Below, piece after piece: positions 25,681 through 38,500 of a stretch of 64,000 nt of DNA. Each line of letters begins with the position of its first letter. Positions within the stretch are counted from its first letter, which is position 1. The notes beneath the pieces are model-generated. The model was not told where the DNA came from. It searched no databases and saw only the letters and a program-made list of their open reading frames with translations. The stretch covers positions 2,232,001-2,296,000 of the forward strand of contig NW_025964334.1 of the NCBI RefSeq assembly GCF_023055435.1, given 5' to 3'. Source of the DNA: Haliotis rufescens (Eukaryota). Made by a program: the position numbers and the translations under genes.

Positions 25681-28229
25681 CTTTCTGCTACATGGAAATA
25701 ATGCCATTGGAATCCCAGTTTGATGACACAAGATCTGTATACAGACCCTGTAAATATTTTGTATTGTGTATTCAGACAAGTAATAGGGCGGACCTTTCAC
25801 TGGAATCCAAGGTGTGTCTTTTCTCATCATTACCATTGGTTGCATTTAAATGACTGTGAAACTGTTTTTCATTAGATTTGAACAGTTTATTTTGTTTTGG
25901 GAAATTTTTCTTGTCCTCATGAACTCATGGAAATTGAGAGTAAGAAAACACACTCTCTTCATGGTTTGCTTGTTTGTTTGTTGTTTATTCAGCAATATTC
26001 CGGCTACATGACGGCGGTCTGTAAATAATCGAGCCTTGACCAGACAATCCAGTGATTGACATCAAGAGCATCGCTCTACGAAATGCGGATCGATGACATG
26101 CATCAACCAAGTCAGCGAGCCTGACCACCCGGTCCCATTAGTTGCCTCTTATGACAAGCATAGTCGCCTTATAGGGGAAGCATGGGTTGCCGAAGACCTA
26201 TTCTACCCCGGATCTTCACGGGTCGGTTCATTCGATGGAACCTGCACCTGTAAACTTCCTACCCTCATAGAGAGGGATGAAATACCTGATATTTAAGAAG
26301 ACATTGCACCCCCCTGCAGTAGCACTGAACTACATACACCTTGAAGATATATTACACGAAATACATCCATTGGATGAATCAGCAGAAATCATGCTTTTTA
26401 ATGGCAGTGACTTGATCGAAATTCATCATGCGCTTGAACAGCGTAAAGGACCACGCAGAACCCGTTGATGCACAGAATTTGTGACTTGGCTCGGTAATTA
26501 GGGGGAAAACATGTACCGGAGACCGTGAGAAAGACGTACCTTGAGCAAATTCGGCTTTATTTAGTTACAATAGAGAGACAGTGTTAGTTTATTCTATTAC
26601 AGCTCTTCTGAGTTCTGTAGACATACACTCTTCCAAAAAAGGAACGCACAGGTAGTAATTAGTTCATTGAACCTGACTGCACAAAATCCGGTATATATAA
26701 ATTTGATATATGTTTTATTGGAAAATGTTGGTGGCCTGATGACTTACTTAAGGTAATCGATATCTCCTACAATTATTACAACGTACATCGTTATATGAAC
26801 GTTACGGCAAGCTACATACCATACAATTTTCTCATGACATTTACCATACATAACAAATATTAAAGGAATAAAACCATGTGTTATATCATATAGACATATC
26901 CTGAAAGACATATATCATGTCGAGTTGTTCCTTGCAAGAAGAAACAGACAGAACAATAATTTCTTCTACTACAAAGTGGAAGGCAAGGGAGAAAATCATA
27001 AGCAGGCTGACTTACTTAAATAAAGCGACAAAATCCTTACCATATCCAATAAAAATAACTGCCAAAAGAAGAGTCGATTGTACGATTCTGACGATATCAT
27101 GAGCATGTGTTTATGAATCACTATCAAATAGTGATGCTACCAGGTGTTCTCGAAAAGATGAGCGTTTCCCTTTCCCACCAGTGGCACTCGTCACAAAACA
27201 CATACAAAGACAAATCAATTGTTCACCTGAAAAGACACGGGAACCTATGGTCAAAATAAGGAATTATAATCGATATCTCCTACAATTATCACAACGTTAT
27301 AGTTATATAACTTAGTTATATGTTCTTATTGACAAGTTACATGTCGTATATTTTTCACATGGTATTTACCATGTAATTTGATGACTTATATGATACGATG
27401 ACTGAGAAAACAATGCTATGTACAATTTGAACTGAATAAAAAATCATTAAAAAATCCAACGTTAACGTATGACTTCGGTAATGTCTCTTACAACTGACTC
27501 ACAGTTACATGTTGACTCAATAGATGATAAGGATAATTATGAAGATAGATTGATAAGATTTAAAATGAAATAAAGAGAATAAATATATTTGTTGTTATTT
27601 TGATCCATTTTGTTATGTGACTTTTTTGTACTTCACATGTAAACATTCTGTGTTTATCAATTTTTCAATATGAGTGTATTTCACCTCTAATGGTGGCAGA
27701 TAAGGATTAAACTTTCGGTTCAGAATGTAAAAAGAATATAAAATATTAATTAGGGCAAATATCGTTTGAAACAGTATCATCAGTTATATATTTAAATAAA
27801 AGTGACAAACCCTTTCCATATTCATAAGATATCTCTGCTAAAAGCAGATGACGACTATGACATAAGCATGTGTTCATGAATCACTATCAAACAGTGTGGT
27901 TTGCCAGGGTGAGTCTAGAATTTGAACCTACAATCAGTTGCACATATCACGGAGTCATGGATGACAACAAATTGCGGGCACTGGGTGAGTTGGAGCACTG
28001 TGTAAGTTTAGAATGGCCAATAAGTATTGATATAATACAATTAGACTTTATCTTTAAATTCTCCTATGATTAAGATAAGCTGACATTTATTGATCTTCTA
28101 TCAAATGCCATTCTGAATTTTATTACATTTATTTTAGAAATACTTGATTAATTATTTATATTGACATTGACCAACGACGAGTTGGCAAGGAACTGCCTCA
28201 GTTGATATAACATACAAAAAGCAGGCGAT

Positions 28230-28428
28230 ATGTCCCCGGTCGGCTACTGTATCTTAGCGTTCATATGTATGACACTGGGCGCCGCTGAACAACCCCAGCC
28301 TTATAGAATCACTGTGTTAGGAACGCATTGGACAGGCAACCAGTGCAGCCAAGAAGCCTCATGTGTCATATTTGTGTCCGACGTCTCCATCTCCATCGAC
28401 AACCCCTACAGCAACGGCGACGTGCAAG
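28230..28428 (+). CDS. Copy B exon 1 (signal peptide)
   Basis: MSPVGYCILAFICMTLGAAEQ...GDVQ; donor at 28429. Confidence 0.82.
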
Positions 28429-31400
28429 GTAGGTTTGCAAGCATTCGGACCTTCTGTCAACATTGCATTTGTTACATCAGAAGCAAGGTTTGATGCTAAA
28501 ACAGTAGTGCATTGTCCATTCCTGCTGTCCCAACTTCACGCTAAATGTCTGCTTTGTAAAAAAACAAACTGCGTTGAACCATTTCCCTCTTACCCCTTTC
28601 GAGTGCATGAACATACATTGTACTGCATATTTTATCTTAGAAACCAGATTCAAAGAAATTGTTTAGTGGGAACCAACTGGTAAACATTCACATCACGTTA
28701 AAAACACTCATACATTACATCCAAGGGCCTGAGTATATCCGATAATAAATGAGCTGTAGGTGAGTGAATGAATGTTGTTTTGGTCGAGGACAGCAATATT
28801 GCAGCCATGTCACAGCAAGGCGTAAATAATCGGATATCTACCAGACAAACGAGCAACGTCCCACGCAGCCAGTGTACGATCCCCTATATAACCTGTTCAA
28901 TGACGTGATAATCCCTATAAGAATGTGGTCAGTGACGCTATATCCCTTTACGAACCTGATAAGAGACGTCATAAGCCCTGTAATAACCTCGTCAGTGTCG
29001 TGATCGTCCCTACATAATCTAGTCAGTGAAGTTATATCCCCTATAAGAATCAGTTACTGGCGTTATATCCCTTTACGAACCTACTCTGTGACGTTCAAAC
29101 CCATATAAGAGCCTGATCAGTGAAGTTATATCCCCTATGAGAATCAGAACTATATGAACCTATATGAATTGGTCAATTAATTATCCATTAATGTAGTTCC
29201 GTGGAAACCGTGCGCACTAAACACAAGAAATGTTTACAATTCTCCTTTAATGCTCCCCAGGATTTGATTAGACAAAAACGTAGTTCTATGGAAACCATGG
29301 GTCCTACATAAATGTTGCAATACCCCCTTTTTTCTTAGTCCCCTCAGGGTGTAGCTCGCCAAGCTCCATCCCCAACGCTAAAGTGTCAGCTCCATCTAGA
29401 CAAGAAAGAGACAATGCTACCTACACCTGCAACATCAACTACGGCTTCTGTAGCAAAGTGGACAACACCAGGACCTGCCTCAAGTCAGGCGATTGGAGTA
29501 CCCTCGACCCTTCAGCTGTGTGTCATCAGATTTACTGGGACAAACTGGTAATACTCAAAGTAAATTACCACTGATTAAATGCCCCCCCCCCCCCCCCCCC
29601 CCCCCTTCCCTAGCCGCTTTGTAGAAGTTAAGTGGGTAGATGTAGAGGCTCATCACACCTTTGTACAATGGAATGCAGTAAACGAGGAGTAATGCAGGAG
29701 TCCTTTACGCTTCAGTTTGACCAATACGACTATAATTAGTTTACACGAAACCCTCAGTGCTTCATGCATCGATACTTAAGAAATGAATTGAATGTGTGAG
29801 TTCATTGCAGTATGAACGTCGAAGCTTGCGACAACGTTCATACAATGTTTGGCCCTCACTCAATAAGGATTCACACTGCAATAAACTCACACAAAGTGAA
29901 AATCTCTCCGTATTACTTTTTACATTGGTATTTTGTACCTCGAAGGATGTAGGTCTTGATCTATACACAATTTTATTTAGTATCAAGTGGGTTTTTATGC
30001 TCACAATGACAGTCAAACAACAACTGTATCGCGGAATAAAATAGTTCCTTAAAAAGAGAGGTGACGTGAGCGTATGTATGCTCAACTTCCTCTTCAGGAA
30101 CAACTGTTTGATCCCAACAAATGTATTCAAATAATATCATCATTGAATGAGAAAGGTGTGCAAGTCAGTCACAATGACAGCGCGTTATAGTACATTTACT
30201 TCAAATATGAGATGTGACGGAAGAGATTTCCGAAGTTGTTAATGAACCTGTGGCGGTTATATATGTTGGCTGATCACTGAAAGGTAATATTAAAGATATG
30301 TCAAAAAGATACTTTTGTAAATGCATAAATTGTCGTGGAGTCGATACAACGATAGTTTAGATGTGCATTTCTTCACTTTGTTCACTGGGATGGGTAGTAG
30401 CTAGGATACTTGTGGATGGTTACGCAGTCAAATTCTCTGACGTTTCTCAATGTATACTAAAACAATGAATATGAAAGTCAATTTCGCCGTTATGTGACTG
30501 TTCTCTCGTCCAGTGGAAAAGTTGTTTATCATGTAAACTTCACCTGCAAAAATGTTATGGGGATGAACACGCATGTACGAAGTGTTAAGGGCGGAAGTCG
30601 AGGACGGGTATGACCTTGGTGTTGATGACGGGTATGACCTAGGTGTTGAAGACGGGTATGACTTTACCATTGTTTTACTGAGCCACCATGAGCTTGTTTT
30701 TTTCAGTCATCTGTCCCTCTAGCTCAGAAGTTCCCTTGCACGGCACACCGCGGAACAAACATCACCGTGAAGGGTGTACCGACACGGAAAAGAAACAGGT
30801 AAGTAACAACATACAGACACGACAGTAACATGCAGACACGACAGTAGCATATAGACGCAATAACATATAAATACGACAGTAAGATACAGTCACGATAGTA
30901 ACATATATATTCAACAGTAGCAAACATTCACAACAGTAATATTGACTGGACAGTAACATAATGGCGTTCTGGGGTTAACTGAACCCTACTACAGCAACCT
31001 ACTTTATTGTCGTTCCGCCCTGTTGTGGACATTGGGAGACATGCCTCCACCACCTGCATGGTCAGCCAAGGGTCCGTTAAGGCACGGGGTAAAATCAACC
31101 CAGACTCCGAACTATCTCCATCAGCATTCATGTACCGGCCCTTGCTCTCAATTATCAACACAACTCATAGGTGATACTCACATACGTTTAATCGCTCCAG
31201 TCCAGTTCCAAATACAACTTTGAAATAAGACAGTCCAGAAAGACTGAAAAACGGGCTATTAGCGATCGGCTTCAGTCTCTGGTAAAGTCCGCTCTCCTCG
31301 GCTGGTGCTGAACGCATCTGTTTAAAGTGTCCGAGTTTAACCGTTCTTTGTCATTATGTAATTATATCTCAATTTGATTCGTTAAAAGTTTGATCTGACC

Positions 31401-34400
31401 ATGAACTCATGTGTGTCGAACTCGGAAAGAAACTAAAGCCTCCGCATACATTTGTGTATATCTCCAGTGGTTTTAGACTCACTCCAGATTCTTCCAATCT
31501 GCTGATTCATTAACTAATCGCCGAAAATGTGGAACCAATCCAATAATAAATATGAAATGTTCAGAAACAATCCGATGGTAAATGTGAAATGTCCTTTCTC
31601 TATTAATCCCTTTCTAAGTAGAGCTTCTCTGTTACAAACTTCATGTACAATGCAACTACATCATTGCAGCTATAAGCAGTTTAATTAGTTATAATTTTGT
31701 AACAAAAAGACTCAACCATAACATAAAGTCACGACAGAAACACATACTTGACAGTGCCATATAGACTCAACAGTAACATACAAACTTGACAGTGCCATAT
31801 AGACTCAACAGTAACATACAAACTGAACAGTAATTTATAGACTCAACAGTAACATACAGACTGTACAGTAATTTATAGACTCAACAGTAACAACCAGACT
31901 GAACAGTATTACATAGACTCAACACTAACATATACTCACGAGGGTAATATACATACTCGACAGTAATACATATTAAAGAAGCACTCACTCACTATTCTAA
32001 ATTGATGATTTATTTTTTCCGTATGTGTGTTGCAGTGTTCAGGGTGACGAGTTCAGGTAGTGCCTGTTATTTGTGTTACCTGTTATTTCTATCATCTGTT
32101 ATTATATTTCCTGTTGTTTCTGTTATTTGTGCTACTGATACTTGTTATTCCTGTTATCTGCAGTTCTGTTACGCTTAATTTGCGTTGCCCGTAGTTCTGT
32201 TACTTGTTATTTCTGTTACCTGTAAGCCTGTTATATGTTGCTCTGTTACCTATGCATGTGTTACCTGTATTTCTGTTACCTTTTATTACTTATATTTGAA
32301 CTTCTGTTACTTTTATGTGTAGTTCTGTTACGTTATTTCCTTTAGCATTATTTATGTTGCTGGTTATTTCTGTTACCTACTATTCCTTTTACCTGTTGTT
32401 TCTCTTTCTCTCTGTGCCCTTATTTCTGGTTCTCTTACCTGAATGTCAGCATCACCTGTTGTTGTTCAAGGAGTTGTCAATGATTTTCCCCTTCAAATCG
32501 TATGTGTCTTTTGTAGGTAATGTGAGATATTACAGCCATTGGATGAAATGACCTGGAAGATGACCTTGGTATTGAATGACATTGGCTGACCTTGGGAGAG
32601 GTTGTCACGACATGACCTTTGGGTTGAATGTGACGAGATGACCCTTTAGAGTTTATGTCACGAGATGACGTTTGGATGGAATGTCACAAGATGTCACTAA
32701 AAGTGAATATCTGTAACTTCTTTTGGGGGTAGATGCAGGAATCATTAACCGTCAGTTGGCACCCGACTTTGGCCGTTTTATTTAATGTAACAAGATTTCG
32801 TTCTTTAAGTTATTTTCTTCAATTACCGATTTTTGTATGTGTCATTTTCTTACTCTTTTAGGCTTACTGCACAATTATTCATGCCAACAAATGTTCATTT
32901 GAATATGTTTGCATGTCAGGCTTGTATAACAAACTTTGACTTGATGTAACCATCCATCTATCTATCTTAAGCTGAAAATATAAATTAGTTCAATGTCAAA
33001 CTTGACCAGTTTTACTAAATTTTGGCCAGACATTAAACTAGACGACATATCTACCTAATTTCAGGTTAAACAATAAATATATGTGTCATGTTTATTCATG
33101 AATATTACTAAATGAAACAAATGAAAGAACAAAGGAAGTTCTTATTGTCTGAACAACGTTAAGAAACTCAGCAACACTGATCTGATCATCAAAAAGTTGC
33201 TTTGGGTTCACAGCCGACCCAAAACTAAACTTACCCGGTGAGTGAGTGAGTGAGTGAGTGAGTGAGTATTGTTTCACGCCGCTTTAAGCAACATTCAAGC
33301 AATCTCACGGCGGGGGACACCAGAAATCGGCTCCACACATTATTCCCATGTGGGGAAAATCGACATGGACATTTTGAAATGTTGTGAAATGTCGTGTTAC
33401 AGGTTCGAAGTCTATCTAAGACAAGGCCGACACGTCTCCCATGCCTTCATCGGTGTCAGTAGTCCTCCGCAGATCGTGGTGACCAATGATAACGTCAGAG
33501 GCAAATGGGGCCCAGCGCATGTGAAACGGAAAGGATTCTTCCCTTTCAAAGTTGACCAGCCATTTGAGATGGTGTTCACTATTCAGTTGACCAGAATTGT
33601 GGTATGTATATTTTTATTGAGAGAGTGATTGACTTTTGTTTTACGGTGCAGATTTATATTCTAGCTAAAACAAGCCTGAATGTATGTAAAAAATTCATAA
33701 TTCAGTGTGGGTCAGGCGAACGAGGTGTTATGCAAGAGTGCTGGGCCCTTTACGCTTGAATTTCACCAATACGGATATATGTTTAGTTGAGACGAAACCC
33801 TCAGTGCTTCAAGCTGTAACGTCGTTAATATTCTCATGTGGGTCAGGGAAATCTGTGGTTGGTGAAGTGAAGGATTTGATTCGTACTGACCTTCAAGTTC
33901 CTAACAACATGCAAATCCTATCACACATAGTCGAAGGTAATATCCGCTGCCTTGTGGTTCGGTGATATGTCCCGTTTCACTTGACTTGAAACGTAAGTTC
34001 CTCCAACTCACAAGAGCACACGAAGATCCGGTACAGAGAAGGTCTTCAGCAACCGATGCTTGCCGTAAGAGGCGACTTACGGGATCGGGTTGTCAGGCTC
34101 GTTGACTTGGTTGATGCATTTCCAAATGCGTGGATTGATGCTCTTGATGTCAATAACTTGATTGTCTGGTCCAGACTCGATTATGTACAGACCGCCGTCA
34201 TATAGCTGGGATGTTGCTGAGAGCGGCGTTAAACAATAAAAAAACAAAATACAACAAAAAAACAACACAAGAGCACAACAGCTCAAGCTGCTATGAAGAC
34301 CTCTAATCTTACAGGCTCGAGTCATACAAGGTTTGTAGCGGACACTCCTGACTTTTTGTCCGATAAAACATTTGATTTTTTATAAATTTGTCGTGTTACA

Positions 34401-34939
34401 AAGCAATATCCCAGGCCTGATATAGTTTGACATGAAAATAGGTTCAAATAGTATAAGGTGCAGCGTTGATAAGCAACGACCAGCGCCGACGGTAAATGAG
34501 AGCCACCGAATCACAGTTTCAGTCAAACTTTAGACAAGCACTGGGTCATGTTCAGCTCAGGAATACTCACACAGAAAACCTGTTGATCGTAACACACTAA
34601 CCCCTTCATATCTGTGATTGTGTTTCTTGGTTTGCCAGCACCATACCCGTGCTGATGGGGTCTCAATAGGTGAAAACGTCCAAGACATGCATCACTTTAG
34701 GCTTTCCTCCCACATTCAGCTAATTTAACCGACATATGCATTCAACATGACGTTAAACTCACTCACTCACTCACTCACTCACCTTTTGTATCATTTAGGT
34801 AACAGTGGATTCCGGAGTTGTGGCTATGCACTCGTTCAAGACAGGAGTTCCGAGTATCGACGGCATCCGTATTAAACAGGACGTCAGAGTCAGTTGCATC
34901 TCTATCGAATACCTTGATCGACATTGTCAGAGTTGTTAA
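28230..34939 (+). CDS. Five-exon gene, copy B: secreted Sushi/CCP + galectin-fold protein (~279 aa); exons 28230-28428, 29339(or 29348)-29547, 30707-30798, 33403-33601, 34799-34939
   Basis: Exon lengths 199+209+92+199+141 = 840 nt, open frame ending TAA at 34937-34939. Donors GTAGGT, GTAATA, GTAAGT, GTATGT. Acceptors tttttcttag, tttttttcag, gttacag, catttag. ATTAAA lies ~20 nt after the stop. Confidence 0.88.
29339..29547 (+). CDS. Copy B exon 2 (Sushi/CCP)
   Basis: (VPS)GCSSPSSIPNAKVSAPSRQERDNATYTCNINYGFCSKVDNTRTCLKSGDWSTLDPSAVCHQIYWDKL; two in-frame acceptors 9 nt apart. Confidence 0.88.
30707..30798 (+). CDS. Copy B exon 3
   Basis: SSVPLAQKFPCTAHRGTNITVKGVPTRKRN(R); flanked by tttttttcag and gtaagt. 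Confidence 0.85.
33403..33601 (+). CDS. Copy B exon 4 (galectin core)
   Basis: RFEVYLRQGRHVSHAFIGVSSPPQIVVTNDNVRGKWGPAHVKRKGFFPFKVDQPFEMVFTIQLTRIV. Confidence 0.86.
34799..34939 (+). CDS. Copy B exon 5
   Basis: VTVDSGVVAMHSFKTGVPSIDGIRIKQDVRVSCISIEYLDRHCQSC*. Confidence 0.84.
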   Translation, partial: VTVDSGVVAMHSFKTGVPSIDGIRIKQDVRVSCISIEYLDRHCQSC

Positions 34940-37397
34940 AACGAGGAGATACTTATATTAAACTTGATCTGGCCTCAGTAGTATTTCATTTATATGCCGA
35001 TAAAGTGTACGTTGTGTACTACTAAAAGAGGCAATTCAAGTTTTTTTCGTCGATCACATCAGCTCAGTCAGTCTACGGTTAGAATGACGCCACATAAGAC
35101 AATTTATGATGATAGGAACGATGGATGACGTTATCTTCAATTGTTCAATTTTGATCATGTCTATTTCACCATCACTCATTCCTGCAACAACCTTGTAGAA
35201 AAGTAATCTATGGCTGGGTTAATTTGTGTAAAACTAACTTGTTACAATGAAAACTGTGGTAAGAAATGAATTTGCAACTATATGACTCCTACCATATATG
35301 AAATAATGTAAGCAATTTTATTGATTTTCCAAGGTAAGATGTCTAAGATACTCATCAGCAGTTTGTATCTAATGCTAAAAATAACAAAAGGTTTAAATCA
35401 AATTATATTTTAAAAAATACAACCATTTGGAAGTATTTTTTTAGTGCTGAGTAGCGCCAGTACGGTTAATGTTAGAGACATAATATCGTGGACTTAATAT
35501 ATTTTCATTTAAAAATCAAACACATGGTAAAAACAACTGTAAGTTATACATCCCTTTATCCCTGAGTGTATGTAGATTCATAATAAACCAACATGTATGC
35601 CCTCAACCCTCTGGTTTAAAATTTAACATGCAAGTATATTTACAAGTTGTATTGGCGTTTGGGTAAATTGTTTGTAAACGTATCGCAGCATCATGCGCTT
35701 GTAGGTTTCAAACACAATTTCCATTCTTCTTCAGCACTTCTATCTTGTGATCTCAAAAGCTGTACCCACGCTTCGATCATTCAAAGAGTTATTGTTTTAT
35801 GTCATCTCTGATTCCGATCCTTCTTTGAATTATCACGTTCACGTTTTTACTTCTCTGCGGGCATCTACACCGACCCAGAACCAATAATGTTCTGGCTTAC
35901 CCCATTGTTCTGGCCAGAAAATGCCCCCTCTACTTTGGTAATGTGGGGGTTGTAGAACACCTCTGATTCTCTGGACCATGGTGCTGAAGGGTATTCCAAC
36001 AACATAACAATTCCCTACATCGATCTGGCAGGCACATTTATGTTGATACTCCATTGGGTGTCACTTTTGTTCACTGTTTGCGCTCAGAGTACTTCGGATT
36101 TGGCTTGGCAGCTCAGGCCCTGTCTCCATTTCAAATTCCTACGAGATGTTATCGATGTTTTACTTTGACGCCATGTCATCAAGTGTTGCCTGATTGAATG
36201 GAATGTGACTCTTTAGTATCTCAGAGTCGAGGGGAATATTTAAATGGAAACCAAATACATCCGCTAAGGCTATGTTTGTTAACCTAGTATTTATGCAGTT
36301 TTTTCGCATTCTGGTTATTGCTGGTGTCAAAATAGATTTTCACATTCGTGGCACACATGAGAGCCGTCTCATTACCACTGATCATGATTGTGTTTTCTTT
36401 AGAATTGCACAACCTACGTTCTAGACAACAAACTAATTAGTCAAACTAACTTGTAAAGGCAAGGCGAGCCATCCCTTGAACTATTCCATCATTACTAAGA
36501 TTTGGAAACCGAACCGGCAATGAGTGATTTTGATTAAGGCACATTTTCTTATCTCTCATATAAATATTGACATTGATTTATAAAATATTAAAACTCCAGA
36601 TGCCGATACTGATGAGATGAGCTTTATAGATGATAATCTTCTCCAACCAACAATGGAATGTGGAGGGAGCCTTAATGACGAAATGTTACAATCAACTTAA
36701 TAGATTATTTGGACAAATCCGCCATCACTATGTTGAGTTGTGCATCCACAATAACATCAAATATAACATACATTTTAGAAGATGAAAAGCCAGTTCATTT
36801 GGAAGCCACATCTGATAACAGAGAAAGACTTTGTTCGCGGGGTTGGGGGATTCTGCTGCACCCTCTACACCGGGAAATAATAATAATGTAATAGATTGGA
36901 TACAAAAGTCATTAGGTCAAGCTCTGGGAAACCCTGCAAAGAAGGCCGTGCACTTACCTTAGATGAGTGATCACATTTGAGACTGGGAGCCTACTATTGC
37001 CCAGACGTAACGTATGGTTGAATCATTGTGTTTTCAACAGCGGGTTGAGTAAACCTTATTGAATTATCTAGAATGAATGTTGTCCAAACATTTTCGGTTT
37101 CTGTCGGTTGTGTAATGAACTGCGAATACAACATCTCCTTTGAAATTCATTCTCCACTGATTGCTAGATAGAACCAAGCCCTGTTGCAGTACGTCCCTTT
37201 TAAGTGAATCATTGCTTACTTCTATGACAGTCTTATATCCTGACACTGGGATGCCTAATCCAATTGGTTTGGGGCGAAACTCCAAACTCTGCTCACATCT
37301 TTTCATAAGTTCTGCGATTACATGGATCAATGTATGAACTCCACACTTGATCTGTTGTGCACCGGTTTCGGCACAATTTCCTCGGCTCCGGTTGTAT

Positions 37398-38500
37398 ATT
37401 ATTATTATTAATTTTATTAACTTGGTATTTATATAGCACTAGTTTCCAGACTGACTGCTCAAATGCGCTCTTGAAGCTCGCACAGTTGGTATGGCCGTAT
37501 ATATTTTGCTGAACAAGTGTGTCTTCAGATGTTTTTTGAAACTGTTAAGTTCACTGAGCATTCTGAGTTCTTTGTGCAGGGTGTTCCAAAGAAGAGGACC
37601 AGCCCTTGCAAAGCAGCGATCCCCGTAGGAGATTGTTCTTGATGGTGGCACTTCAAGCAACGATTGATCACAAGATCGTAGGGTTCTTGTTGACTGGTAT
37701 TGTATGATGAGATCCTCCAGGTAGCTTGGAGCAAGACCATGCTGTGCCTTGAACACAAGAACGAGAACCTTGAACCGTATTCTCTGTTCTACTTTAAGCC
37801 AGTGTAGACCTTTGAGAATCGGTGTGATGTGCTCACAGCGTTTGGCTCTTGTGATCAGTCTGGCAGCAGAGTTTTGTACCCGCTGAAGCTTTTGGAACTG
37901 GTGTTTCGGTAATCCTACCAGAAGGGCATTGCAGTAGTCAAGGTGCGATAGCACGCACGCTTGTACAATAGTAGTGACTGTCTTGGTGTTAAGATAGCGT
38001 CGCACTTGACTGATGTTCCTGATGTTGAGAAATGCTTTTTTGCAGACTTTGTTGATGTGTGCCTCGTAGGTCAGGTTTGAATCAAAGATAACCCCAAGGT
38101 TTCTTGTTTGGTAGCTTGGCTCAATAACAATTCCGTCGATGTTGAACTCTGGTATTGTCAATCTGTGTTTCGATGCCTTCGAGGTGATGATGACAAGTTC
38201 AGTTTTGTCACTGTTTAATTTGAGAAAATTGTTTCTCATCCATATTTTGATATCGGCTACACATGACATGACAGCTGCAAATGCAAGTACACACGAGACC
38301 TCGTTTGTTAGTTTGAATGACAAGTATATCTGTGTGTCATCAGCAAACAAATGGAATGTAATGCCGTGTGAGTGGACCACTTCACCCAGGGAAGAGGTGT
38401 AGATTGTGAATAGCAAAGGTCCAAACACTGAACCTTTGGGAACACCGTATTTTAGCTCGACCTTTTTAGATGTTGTGCCTTTCAGTTGAACAGATTGGTA
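37398..38500 (-). mobile_element. Mirror L2-like LINE, 5' part deleted
   Basis: ORF 37439..38509 is near-identical to 9552..10541. Confidence 0.92.

Noticed and set aside
34925-34939. C-terminal CQSC as a prenylation (CaaX-like) signal
   Set aside because: The protein has a signal peptide and would not meet cytosolic prenyltransferases; disulfide use is more likely.
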